From: Candidatus Poribacteria bacterium
GTDB lineage: Bacteria; Poribacteria; WGA-4E; PCPOR2b
Direction: 5' to 3'
Assembly (NCBI GenBank): GCA_965208675.1
Contig: OZ242351.1
Span: 3,008,001 to 3,072,000, forward strand
DNA length: 64,000 nucleotides
Under the pieces are notes generated by a model. The model was not told the origin of the DNA. It saw only the letters and a list, made by a program, of their open reading frames with translations, and made no database searches. The position numbers were made by a program, and so were the translations under genes. Shown one piece after another: positions 20,808 through 28,872 of this stretch (position 1 is the first letter of the stretch; every line of letters begins with the position of its first letter).

Positions 20808-20855
20808 CTATTTTTTAATCTCGCCCCAAACGGCTGCGAGTGCGTGGTTTGAGGC
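20808..20855 (-). pseudogene. Orphan 'WGEIK' C-terminal tail fragment
   Basis: ASNHALAAVWGEIKK*, similar at DNA level to the 3' end of the LamG gene (21763-21815); an in-frame stop lies just upstream. Confidence 0.6.
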
Positions 20856-20882
20856 GCCGGCGATTGGGGATCATCGCTAGAA

Positions 20883-21035
20883 CTATGAGCGGAAGTAGTC
20901 TAGGATATGGAATTCAAACACGTAGGCGATGACAAAATCGACAACGACGAGGAGGCACAATGCCATAAAGCCGACGAAAATCGCCGATAGGAAAAATATC
21001 AAGGTACAGTAAATTATGCGTCTGATGTTTTCCAA
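20883..21035 (-). CDS. Small membrane peptide (50 aa)
   Basis: TTG start after AAGGAGccctacaat; MENIRRIIYCTLIFFLSAIFVGFMALCLLVVVDFVIAYVFEFHILDYFRS. Confidence 0.45.
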   Translation of the reverse strand: MENIRRIIYCTLIFFLSAIFVGFMALCLLVVVDFVIAYVFEFHILDYFRS

Positions 21036-21521
21036 ATTGTAGGGCTCCTTGAGTTAATGCCCGTGCCAAATGTTTTCATCGCGGCAATCAGACAATGCCT
21101 GCCGATATACCGATTACCTTTTTGTGTAATTCCACTTTCCCGTAAACTCACCGGACTGATAGATTTACGCTGTTCTGCGCTCGGCGTATTTCTTAGAGTC
21201 AATCTTGTCGCCATCTCCGCAGCCGTTCAGAACGAGCATACCGACGTTGAGGGCGACGAAACTTTTGTGGGACTGAGATTTTCACGTTCATAGCCGGCGT
21301 CGCGGTGGCGCTCGCCGGGCTAGTTCTTTACGGCAGATTGCAGTGTAATCTTCGGAGATGACACCATGCTGCTTGAAACTTTAGTGGCGTCGTTATCGCT
21401 TATTCTAGCCACGGGAGTATACCTCGCTAACAAGCGAGCCAAAGCACATCTTGCACTAAAGCACCCGCGTATCATCGGGGCTGGTGCACGGGCAATACAG
21501 CAGTGAGTTTTTTAAAGGCCG

Positions 21522-21707
21522 TTACTGCGGCATTAAAATTAGGTACGCCACCATCAGCGGTTGTTCGCCAGACATAAGTCCAATTGTTAAGTATACCTTC
21601 TCTGTTTTAGTTTCTGTAGCGTCTTGATTGATTTCAATATACGACACGGCAGTTGTATTTATGGCCAATCCATGATTTGGCGAAAATTCTTCAAGCAACA
21701 AAAACAT
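21522..21707 (-). CDS. Small hypothetical protein ('MF...L.N...I' family)
   Basis: Preceded by repeat module A with a strong RBS. Confidence 0.55.
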   Translation of the reverse strand: MFLLLEEFSPNHGLAINTTAVSYIEINQDATETKTEKVYLTIGLMSGEQPLMVAYLILMPQ

Positions 21708-21765
21708 CGTAATTCTCCTTTTGTAAGAGATTCTTGGGGGAGTTGGCAGCCTCCCCTTTTTTTTA
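21705..21765 (-). repeat. Intergenic module A (A-tract, GC hairpin, RBS-ATG)
   Basis: Minus strand: taaaaaaaaaggggaggctgccaactcccccaagaatctcttacaaaaggagaattacgATG. Confidence 0.85.
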
Positions 21766-22506
21766 CCTCTTAATCTCGCCCCAAGAGACTGCGAGTGTGT
21801 GTTTTGGGGCGACGGCGAGCACGGTTTTTAGCCCGCGGTTCATGACAGTACGAATGTCGCGTGGGGGGAGCGCGATATTGAATATGGCGAACTCGTCGAT
21901 AAGCCCAGGAAACCTGTTTGGCCCACCAATTATAAACCGGAGATTATTCCTGTCGTCGGGCGGAACGTATGTTGTCGATCTATTCAGTGATGCGAACAAT
22001 TCCCCATCCACATAGATAGCCATTAGATTTTTGCGCCTGCTATGCACAAACGCCCAGTGCCGCCAGACCTCCCGAGTTATCATGCCAGCTTCGATTACCA
22101 ATTCGACGTATGGCGATCCGCACCGCCAACGCACAGCTTCATCCCAAGGCAATAACACGGCGATAACCCCTTCTTTTTCATCGAATGGCTGTAACGTGCT
22201 AAATAGGCGGCCATTCAGACCGTCGAAATTCTTTGTCCACGCCATAACCGTTATTTCCTCAATTTGCTGTTCTGGCGGGAAATCCCTATATGTTGTGAGG
22301 TAGCTTACTCGAAAATTAAGGCATTTTCCAAACATGCCGTCAATCCATGCACGCTCACCTAACACCGATAAACGCTTGCCTGATGCACTGTAGGGGCGCC
22401 AGTCTTTGCCTTCGTTGAAAAGCTAGGCGTCGATAACTAAATCCTTGTTGGCGGCATGGACGGCGATTGCCGCTAAAAAGCATACTGTGCTAATCAGCGC
22501 TTTCAT
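21763..22506 (-). pseudogene. LamG/concanavalin-like secreted protein with an in-frame TAG at codon 28
   Basis: MKALISTVCFLAAIAVHAANKDLVIDA*LFNEGK...GMFGKCLNF...ITVMAW...WRHWAF...YVDG...GLIDEFAIFN...SWGEIKR; TAG at 22423-22425. Confidence 0.75.
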
Positions 22507-22984
22507 TAGCTCGCTCCTCGCTTTCCTTTCTGCTGCGTGCTCTCATTTCTTCAAACTGTTTATCAAATTCAGCCTTGAGTTTGGCTATCCGCGCCTTGCT
22601 TTCGACGCGATACGTATCACGGCTCGCTTCTTCTTTAAATTCGAGTTCTTTCGCGTGTTCCTCCCACGCCTCTTTGTATGCCTGCCAGTGTTCCCACCCG
22701 CCATGAAAGCTATTTATGCGGTCGTTGGGCGCGGGGGTTAGGGCGGAATGGATGATGTCCGATTCTTCAAACGCCTCGCTAACGCTCTTGCCGCGGCGGA
22801 TGGCGGCGGCGATCCAATAGCTTCTATTGGCTCCAAGAAGTTGGCCTAACAAAAAATGACCTTGACGGGGGTTGTCCGTATCGATTTTCTCCGGCGGGCG
22901 ACCGTACACCATGTCGTTGAGGTTATGGGTATGGCTGCATCCGAGGATGAGTAAACATAAGCAGCCGCTAATCAGTGCTTTCAT
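22490..22984 (-). CDS. Lipoprotein, tandem paralog 2
   Basis: MKALISGCLCLLILGCSHTH...AIRRGKSV.EAFEE.D; similar to 22968-23456. Confidence 0.7.
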   Translation of the reverse strand: MKALISGCLCLLILGCSHTHNLNDMVYGRPPEKIDTDNPRQGHFLLGQLLGANRSYWIAAAIRRGKSVSEAFEESDIIHSALTPAPNDRINSFHGGWEHWQAYKEAWEEHAKELEFKEEASRDTYRVESKARIAKLKAEFDKQFEEMRARSRKESEERANESAD

Positions 22985-23456
22985 GGGTATGCCCCTCTCT
23001 GCAACACGACTCTCTGTATTCTTCAAGCCTTTTATCAAAATCGGCTTTGATTTTCGCTTTCCGTGCGTCGCTTTCTGCCTTGTATTTTGCGCGGGATGCT
23101 TTCCTTTCCGCTTCAAGTTGAGCTGTATGTTCTTGCCACGACAGTCTATATGCCTCCCACGTATCCCAATCTGAATAATAGTCGGTGATTCTGTCATTGG
23201 GATTGGGGCTTATGGCATTATAGATGGCGTCCGCTTCTTCAAATGCTTCGTTGACACTCTTGCCGCGGCGGATGGCGTCGCTGATCCAGTGTTCCACATT
23301 GGCTCGGAGCAGGACGCTTAACAATAATTCGGTATCTTTGGGGTCGTCCGGATTCATTGTTTCCGGGGGGCGTGCATAGTGCATTTCGCTAATGTTGTGG
23401 GTATGGCTGCATCCGAGAATGACCAAACACATACAGCTGCTAATCAGCATTTTCAT
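22968..23456 (-). CDS. Lipoprotein, tandem paralog 1
   Basis: GGAGGG RBS; MKMLISSCMCLVILGCSHTH...AIRRGKSVNEAFEE. Confidence 0.7.
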   Translation of the reverse strand: MKMLISSCMCLVILGCSHTHNISEMHYARPPETMNPDDPKDTELLLSVLLRANVEHWISDAIRRGKSVNEAFEEADAIYNAISPNPNDRITDYYSDWDTWEAYRLSWQEHTAQLEAERKASRAKYKAESDARKAKIKADFDKRLEEYRESCCREGHTHESTD

Positions 23457-23677
23457 TTTGTTTCCCTCCTTTGTTTGGAAAGAGCAGGTTGGAGGAAACA
23501 CGCTCACTGGCTAGAATATGAACGCAGTCAAAATACCTGCTCTCTCCGTTGTTTTGACCGTGATATGTCAATCCGGATGACAACATCATCTGGTAGGCGG
23601 CGCGATACGACTTGTTTGCGAAAGTGTTAGGTGCGCATTGGGTGTTACCCGCGTAACCCAACGTACAAAGACTCCCT

Positions 23678-24229
23678 TTACCTTAGTTTCCGCCATTTCA
23701 TTGTTATGCGATTGTCGCGAGTTAAAGAATGCCAGATAAGCGTTAAAACAACGCCATCCCATTTGTATTCCAATAGGACGCCATAATTCCATCTAACATC
23801 GTAACTGTGGTATCGCATAAACAAGTATTTCGAGCTATACGCGAAAATCGCCGATCTGTGTAGTTGGATTCTGTAATATTTGGGATTATTGTCTTCAGGA
23901 TAAAAAGGGCTAACAGATTCCCATTCAGAATCGAAATTGTAGTCTTGTTCTATTACAAATTCAAATTTATGGTCTAGTTCTATAGTTAATTCGCCGCGCA
24001 TTTCTTCTGCATTTTCAACCAGCCAATCACGTCCGTCATTGTATGTCTCCAGCCGATACTTTCCGACCAAATCCTTGTGTAGCGCAACTGCTTCAGATTC
24101 ATGCGTGTGGTCGTGCTGATGGCTATGGTGATGGTCGTGTTCGTGCGGGTGTTCATGTTCAGCTATAGGGTGAGTGTGTCCGCACCCAGCAAGGACGATT
24201 AACGCTATTAACAGAATAAAAGCCTTCAT
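23678..24229 (-). CDS. His-rich lipoprotein with lipocalin-like C-terminal region
   Basis: MKAFILLIALIVLAGC then GHTHPIAEHEHPHEHDHHHSHQHDHTHE; LVGKYRLE. Confidence 0.7.
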   Translation of the reverse strand: MKAFILLIALIVLAGCGHTHPIAEHEHPHEHDHHHSHQHDHTHESEAVALHKDLVGKYRLETYNDGRDWLVENAEEMRGELTIELDHKFEFVIEQDYNFDSEWESVSPFYPEDNNPKYYRIQLHRSAIFAYSSKYLFMRYHSYDVRWNYGVLLEYKWDGVVLTLIWHSLTRDNRITMKWRKLR

Positions 24230-24392
24230 TGGGTCATCTTCCTCTTTGCAAGGTGTTGTGAGTAATTGGCACTCGATTCTTTCAGTCTGTTTAATCTGTA
24301 TCTCGACCTGTCTCATCGCTTCATCGTCCCAACCTTCGGGGAAATCCGCCTCAGTCACAACAACACCTCCTTTCAACCCGTGTCTAACAATA

Positions 24393-24884
24393 TCACTTCA
24401 AATGGCAGCGAAATGTGAGTTGTGCTGGCTTATAGCCCAAGCGACCAATTATTCGTCTAGCTAATTCCACCGTGCGATCGGCACCATGGTATTTTAACAC
24501 CCAGAGTTTTAGTGGATGCACAAATTCCCACCTCCTCTTGACTCTTGGGAGAGGCTGCTTAGCTGAAAATATAGAACACTTTAGCAATCCATCGTACAAT
24601 GCTTTTTTATCTGTACTACGCTCATGCAACTCTCGACACAAAAGCGGTAATACGTCTTTCCAATGTTCAACCTTGCATGTCCGCGTCCCCAATGTAAATG
24701 ATGTTGGCTTGGTATCGACATAGGAAGTTTCATCCGTGACATGATTTTCTTCATCGGTCGGTCGAACACTCATTATGGCTACCAAATCTTTTCTTAGACG
24801 TGCAATATCATCCTTAGTGGCTAGATTGGATAACGCTTCCTTCAAATCTTCTTTGGTGAGCGGTTCGCTTACTGGGTATGGCAT
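24393..24884 (-). CDS. Hypothetical protein; ATKDD coiled segment plus a possible SeqA-C-like DNA-binding domain
   Basis: LATKDDIARL; KPTSFTLG....VEHWKDVLPLLCREL. Family assignment is tentative recall. Confidence 0.45.
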   Translation of the reverse strand: MPYPVSEPLTKEDLKEALSNLATKDDIARLRKDLVAIMSVRPTDEENHVTDETSYVDTKPTSFTLGTRTCKVEHWKDVLPLLCRELHERSTDKKALYDGLLKCSIFSAKQPLPRVKRRWEFVHPLKLWVLKYHGADRTVELARRIIGRLGYKPAQLTFRCHLK

Positions 24885-24971
24885 TCGAGTATTCCCCTTA
24901 TGAGATAGACGACGCGGACAGAAGTATGTGGTGCGGTAGCCGACATAAGAGCCTTCCGCCCCCGTCATATT

Positions 24972-25295
24972 TTATTCGCCATACACTGTGACTGTATAGA
25001 CAGCATAAATCCCCAGCACACTTTTCGACGAATAGTCAACATGGTGAATCTTCGTAATGCCGCCGTTCTTGGCAGCAGCTTCAATGCTCGCATCTCCAGT
25101 TGCGACTAACCCTAATACCGAAGTTACGGTCGCCGAACCGGATTTCATAGCGGCAGTGTCGCTCGCAGTCGCCGTTACCGGTGCTTTAACATCGGTGTAC
25201 AATACACCGGTAACTGGCGACGTGCTATAAGCAACACAACCTGTTAGATAGGATATAGCTACTACAAGAATAAACAACATGCCGAGATGTCTCAT
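24972..25295 (-). CDS. TRL-like family lipoprotein
   Basis: LTGC lipobox; GVLYTDVKAP; SVLGLVATGDASIEAAAKNGGITKIHHVDY. Confidence 0.85.
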   Translation of the reverse strand: MRHLGMLFILVVAISYLTGCVAYSTSPVTGVLYTDVKAPVTATASDTAAMKSGSATVTSVLGLVATGDASIEAAAKNGGITKIHHVDYSSKSVLGIYAVYTVTVYGE

Positions 25296-25354
25296 CGTAA
25301 TATCTCCTTTTTGTAAAGGGTTGTGGGGAAGGCGGCAGCCTCCCCCTTTTTTTA
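25293..25354 (-). repeat. Intergenic module A
   Basis: taaaaaaaagggggaggctgccgccttccccacaaccctttacaaaaaggagatattacgATG. Confidence 0.85.
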
Positions 25355-25549
25355 TTTTGTTTGCGTCGGAATTAACAATCGTTCCAAGTACCTCCAATGC
25401 AATTCTAATGCCTCTGGGGTTCCCTTTTTTATTACTATAGCTCCGTGCTCTTCCGGAGCATAGCCTGCAATACGATTGCCCTCATGGACAATTCTCGTAA
25501 GCCGACTCGTATTTACTAGGGTACGATCGTCGTCGGTTTTTATAAACAT
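25352..25549 (-). CDS. Small hypothetical protein ('MF...LVN...I' family)
   Basis: AGGAGGTG RBS; MFIKTDDDRTLVNTSRLTRIVHE. Confidence 0.6.
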   Translation of the reverse strand: MFIKTDDDRTLVNTSRLTRIVHEGNRIAGYAPEEHGAIVIKKGTPEALELHWRYLERLLIPTQTK

Positions 25550-25555
25550 TGAAAA

Positions 25556-25825
25556 TCACCTCCTTTCAGTCAGCTCTTCATCGCGGGAGGGTCTGTTGAT
25601 AATATCGATAAATCGCCCGTGTTTATCGACATATTCGATGGTACGCAATTCTTGGTTTGCCTTCTTTTTTTCTTCTGCCATATACTCAACCTACCAGGTC
25701 CTGTCTCTATCCAAAGTAATGGTGGTAAAGGGATGCTGGTTGGTATAGGACATGGCGTCTAAGAACCAAAAGCAAAATCCAACGAATGCGAGCGCGATTA
25801 TCGGGGGAATCAAGTTTCGGTTCAT
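25556..25825 (-). pseudogene. Degenerate copy of 27830-28174
   Basis: Near-identical 5' ~230 bp; TTG to TAG at 25691-25693; different 3' end. Confidence 0.8.
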
Positions 25826-25857
25826 TTTGTTTTCTCGCTGACCGTTGGGGCGTATCG

Positions 25858-26250
25858 CTAATCGTCCACATCAAACCTAATATTTCGATAACCGCCGCGC
25901 CAGGAAATAACTAGGGGTGTTACCCCGCATAATGGTTTAAGAGGATTGTCATGAATGATTTTTGTCACCGCGTCATGTTTCCTGCTTACGTTCCACTCTA
26001 TCTCTGTCTGATATAACCCTTTGCAACCGCTGACGGTAACGTTTTCCGCAGGCCCGTCAAACTGTACGTAATACCTAATGCCTGAGCCCCAACCGCCTTC
26101 CCCCCCAGGCATTATACCGGAGGAAACGTGAATAATACGGGCATCTTCGGCATGGGAATCGCAGCCAACGAGCGCAACCAAGCAGATAACGACAGCAAGC
26201 GCCGTGATAATAGCGAGTAGCGGGGACAAGCGTTTGCGCAATCGGGGCAT
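25858..26250 (-). CDS. Lipoprotein
   Basis: MPRLRKRLSPLLAIITALAVVICLVALVGCDS; leader aaaggcagtctacaATG. Confidence 0.6.
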   Translation of the reverse strand: MPRLRKRLSPLLAIITALAVVICLVALVGCDSHAEDARIIHVSSGIMPGGEGGWGSGIRYYVQFDGPAENVTVSGCKGLYQTEIEWNVSRKHDAVTKIIHDNPLKPLCGVTPLVISWRGGYRNIRFDVDD

Positions 26251-26293
26251 TGTAGACTGCCTTTCGTATGCCTTATAATTTAGTTTGAAAAAG

Positions 26294-26380
26294 GGTGGCA
26301 GCGGAGAGGTCGCAGCAAGGTTAAACCTCGCGGAGCCGCGGAAATGCCCCTCAGCATAACCGCGGCGTTTACTCCCTTCC
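26294..26380. repeat. Structured repeat C, copy 1
   Basis: ggagaggtcgcagcaaggttaaacctcgcggagccgcggaaatgcccctcagcataaccgcggcgttta, almost identical to 27701-27793. Confidence 0.85.
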
Positions 26381-26493
26381 ACGATACCTTTCGTGCTTTG
26401 GGGGTGCGACAATCGCATAAAACATCCAAGCAAAGAAAAAGATTGTAAACAACTTTTCCCTGACATTGCAGGTCTCCTTATGATGCGCCTCGG

Positions 26494-26697
26494 TTAGAGA
26501 ACGCCTCCGAGTAGCCAGCCGAACCTGGATTCCACGGCAGCGGCGAAACACCATAGCCCGACAACGAAGACCAAAAAACCTATCCCAAAGAATCCCAGCC
26601 AAACCCAACCGGGGGGACCGTCTCGGCTCCAATCGTCTTCAATTTTACAACCTATTCCGAAAACAACTAGGAATACGATGATGGCAAGCGCTCCCAT
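26494..26697 (-). CDS. Small 2-TM protein
   Basis: aaaggagacctctATG; MGALAIIVFLVVFGIGC... Confidence 0.55.
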   Translation of the reverse strand: MGALAIIVFLVVFGIGCKIEDDWSRDGPPGWVWLGFFGIGFLVFVVGLWCFAAAVESRFGWLLGGVL

Positions 26698-26711
26698 AGA
26701 GGTCTCCTTTG

Positions 26712-26861
26712 TTAATGCCCAAGTAATGCGGCAAAAAAGCGAATGAATGCGTACATTAGGCTGCCGAAGATGAGTAAGACGGCAATCATCATCAATGCCC
26801 ACATGACATACGGCTCGACAAGCTCCCATATCAACAGCAGTAATCCTAGTAATTCCGACAT
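26712..26861 (-). CDS. Small membrane peptide (49 aa)
   Basis: aaaggagacctacaATG; MSELLGLLLLIWELVEPYVMWALMMIAVLLIFGSLMYAFIRFFAALLGH. Confidence 0.55.
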   Translation of the reverse strand: MSELLGLLLLIWELVEPYVMWALMMIAVLLIFGSLMYAFIRFFAALLGH

Positions 26862-26893
26862 TGTAGGTCTCCTTTGTTGGAGCGTATCGCTAG

Positions 26894-27298
26894 TTACTCT
26901 TCACCTAAAGCAGGATCTAGGTGTATTATTCCTCTTTTATCTATCATTGTAATGCCAGCCAGCAGGTCGTCATCAATAGCCATAGCAATTGATGAAGTGC
27001 CGCCATTGCCAGAGACTGCGACACGCCCTCCATACTTATTCACGCCAATTATTACGCCTCTATCACTGAATAGTTTAAAAGTATCCGTGAGAGTGTTGAT
27101 GCTTTCCATATTAGGAACAAGAATTATCCGCGTTGTGCCGTCCGTATCGACGACTCGCAAACTGGTACACTCAATATCTCCTAACTTTGCGCGTTCAGCG
27201 AAGAGGCTAGGCATCAAGACACTAGAGGCTATCATACCTATCAGCATCAATATCCCGCCGATTGTAATATAGGCTAACTTCTGTTTGTAAGTTTTCAA
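26894..27298 (-). CDS. 'GDIEC' family membrane-anchored beta-rich protein
   Basis: AAGGAGG plus TTG start; KQKLAYITIGGILMLIGM...LGDIECTSLRVVD. Confidence 0.65.
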   Translation of the reverse strand: MKTYKQKLAYITIGGILMLIGMIASSVLMPSLFAERAKLGDIECTSLRVVDTDGTTRIILVPNMESINTLTDTFKLFSDRGVIIGVNKYGGRVAVSGNGGTSSIAMAIDDDLLAGITMIDKRGIIHLDPALGEE

Positions 27299-27311
27299 TG
27301 TGTGCCTCCTT

Positions 27312-27638
27312 TTAGCACGAACCTGAAATTGCGCTTAAAATCCAAATGAACACTACTACACCTATGAAAGTAAGGCAACCAAAGCGTTTCATGAACGGAA
27401 TGGGACTACCATCAAGTTCAGATTCTACTTTATGTGTATCTAATTCCCACCCCCTTCCGCATATATCACAAAGCATGAGCCATTTTTTCTCAGTTACAAA
27501 ATTGAAAACCCAGTATACGCCCCAATGTCTATACTCAAGAACAAGCTTGAATCGCCGCTCTTTGTCACACACTTCGCAATGTTGCGTCGCAATCTGACCA
27601 CAATCAATTACATCACCACCAGATCCCCAAACAATCAT
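27312..27638 (-). CDS. Zinc-ribbon membrane protein
   Basis: GAGGAG RBS; MIVWG...CEVC...CDIC...C-terminal TM helix. Confidence 0.7.
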   Translation of the reverse strand: MIVWGSGGDVIDCGQIATQHCEVCDKERRFKLVLEYRHWGVYWVFNFVTEKKWLMLCDICGRGWELDTHKVESELDGSPIPFMKRFGCLTFIGVVVFIWILSAISGSC

Positions 27639-27700
27639 GAGAGCTCCTCGCGGCCCTGTGTCGCACCGGGTTTCCGGGGGAGCCAGGGTCACCGCCATAA

Positions 27701-27832
27701 GGTGGCGGCGGAGAGGTCGCAGCAAGGTTAAACCTCGCGTAGCCGCGGAAATGCCCCTCAGCATAACCGCGGCGTTTAACCTCCCCTCCGCCATAAGATT
27801 ATGGGGGAGGCGGCTGCCTCCCCCTTTTTTTA
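27701..27832. repeat. Structured repeat C, copy 2, followed by the module-A hairpin/T-tract
   Basis: Ends cctccGCCA (27793), then gggggaggcggctgcctcccccttttttt. Confidence 0.85.
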
Positions 27833-28174
27833 TCTCTGTGGTCTTCTACCGGGGTTTCTCATTATCTCCGGGATGCTGGACGGATCCACATAAAAGGGTT
27901 CTGTTTTCAGCTTTTTCGGGCGTTTGATAACAGGGGTTCTGTGGGTAATATCGATAAATCGACCCTGCTTGTTGTGGACGTATTCGATGGTACGAAATTC
28001 ATAATCGTATTTCTTCTTTTCTTCTGCCATGTACTCAATCAACCAAGCCCTTTCTCTATCCAAAGTAATGGCGGTAAAGGGATGCTGGTTGGTATAGGAC
28101 ATGGCGTCTAAAAACCAAAAGCAAAATCCAACGAATGCGAGCGCGATTAGCGGGGGAATCAAGTTTCGCTTCAT
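27830..28174 (-). CDS. Membrane-anchored hypothetical protein (intact paralog of 25556-25825)
   Basis: GGAGGGaaacaaaATG; MKRNLIPPLIALAFVGFCFWFLD. Confidence 0.65.
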   Translation of the reverse strand: MKRNLIPPLIALAFVGFCFWFLDAMSYTNQHPFTAITLDRERAWLIEYMAEEKKKYDYEFRTIEYVHNKQGRFIDITHRTPVIKRPKKLKTEPFYVDPSSIPEIMRNPGRRPQR

Positions 28175-28193
28175 TTTGTTTCCCTCCTGTTGA

Positions 28194-28604
28194 TTACTGG
28201 CTATAGCCGTTTTTGTCGTAGATGGACACGGCGCCGTTGCCATGTTCGTTGATGCCCATGATGGCGTAGCCTTTCGATCTGCCATGCGTACTTACATAGC
28301 CGCCATGTTCATCAGTACCGATTCTCACTTGTTTATTATCTACAGCGTCACCCTCGCGGAGGAAGACATCACCGGCACCGATTATCGTAGCTCTTGTTGG
28401 AGCGTCTTTCCACATAGCAATGGATTGTTTACTAATAAGTATAAACGCATCTTCGAGTCCACTGCCAATCTTCAAGCTCGTGCATTCAATATCTCCGAAT
28501 TTATCCTGTTGTGCGGTTATAGGTGATAGCAGCATCCCAATAATGGTAAAAATACTGCCTAACGCCATTAGCCCTGCCTTTTGCTTCCAAGTGGTTTTGA
28601 TCAT
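28194..28604 (-). CDS. 'GDIEC' family protein
   Basis: MIKTTWKQKAGLMALGSIFTIIGMLLSPITAQQDKFGDIECTSL...MGINEHGNGAVSIYDKNGY. Confidence 0.7.
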   Translation of the reverse strand: MIKTTWKQKAGLMALGSIFTIIGMLLSPITAQQDKFGDIECTSLKIGSGLEDAFILISKQSIAMWKDAPTRATIIGAGDVFLREGDAVDNKQVRIGTDEHGGYVSTHGRSKGYAIMGINEHGNGAVSIYDKNGYSQ

Positions 28605-28804
28605 TTTCGAACCCCTTTTCTGAATTGGTTGTTCCACAAATTAAGAAACTCACGGAAGTCAGTCAATGCTTCGCATAATTGCTCAATTTTCTTATCTGTA
28701 GCATAATGAGTGCCAAAATTCCGAGCGTGGCGTAATGCTTCAGTAAGGTCGTCGATTTCGGAAAGTAGATACAAACGGTTGTCATCGCTGGATGGTGGTC
28801 GCAT
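28601..28804 (-). CDS. Small hypothetical protein
   Basis: AAGGAGG RBS; ATGA overlap with the downstream gene. Confidence 0.55.
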   Translation of the reverse strand: MRPPSSDDNRLYLLSEIDDLTEALRHARNFGTHYATDKKIEQLCEALTDFREFLNLWNNQFRKGVRK

Positions 28805-28872
28805 ATGTAACCTCCTTTTCTGTGGAAAATGTCCGATAATGTAGATTAGCGGACAGCCTTTCAGTCCGCTTT

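Noticed and set aside
22985-23197. ORF-track N-terminal extensions (e.g. 22490-23197, 27312-27794, 25858-26466, 24972-25397)
   Set aside because: Better starts with an RBS and/or signal peptide lie downstream; the extensions run through neighbouring genes or repeat modules.
27710-27793. Bona fide tRNA-Ser gene
   Set aside because: It lacks a canonical T-arm and a clean anticodon stem; kept only as a tRNA-like candidate.
25556-28174. DGR template/variable repeat pair
   Set aside because: No reverse transcriptase in the window. The differences are not confined to adenines, and the duplication covers the 5' end of the gene.
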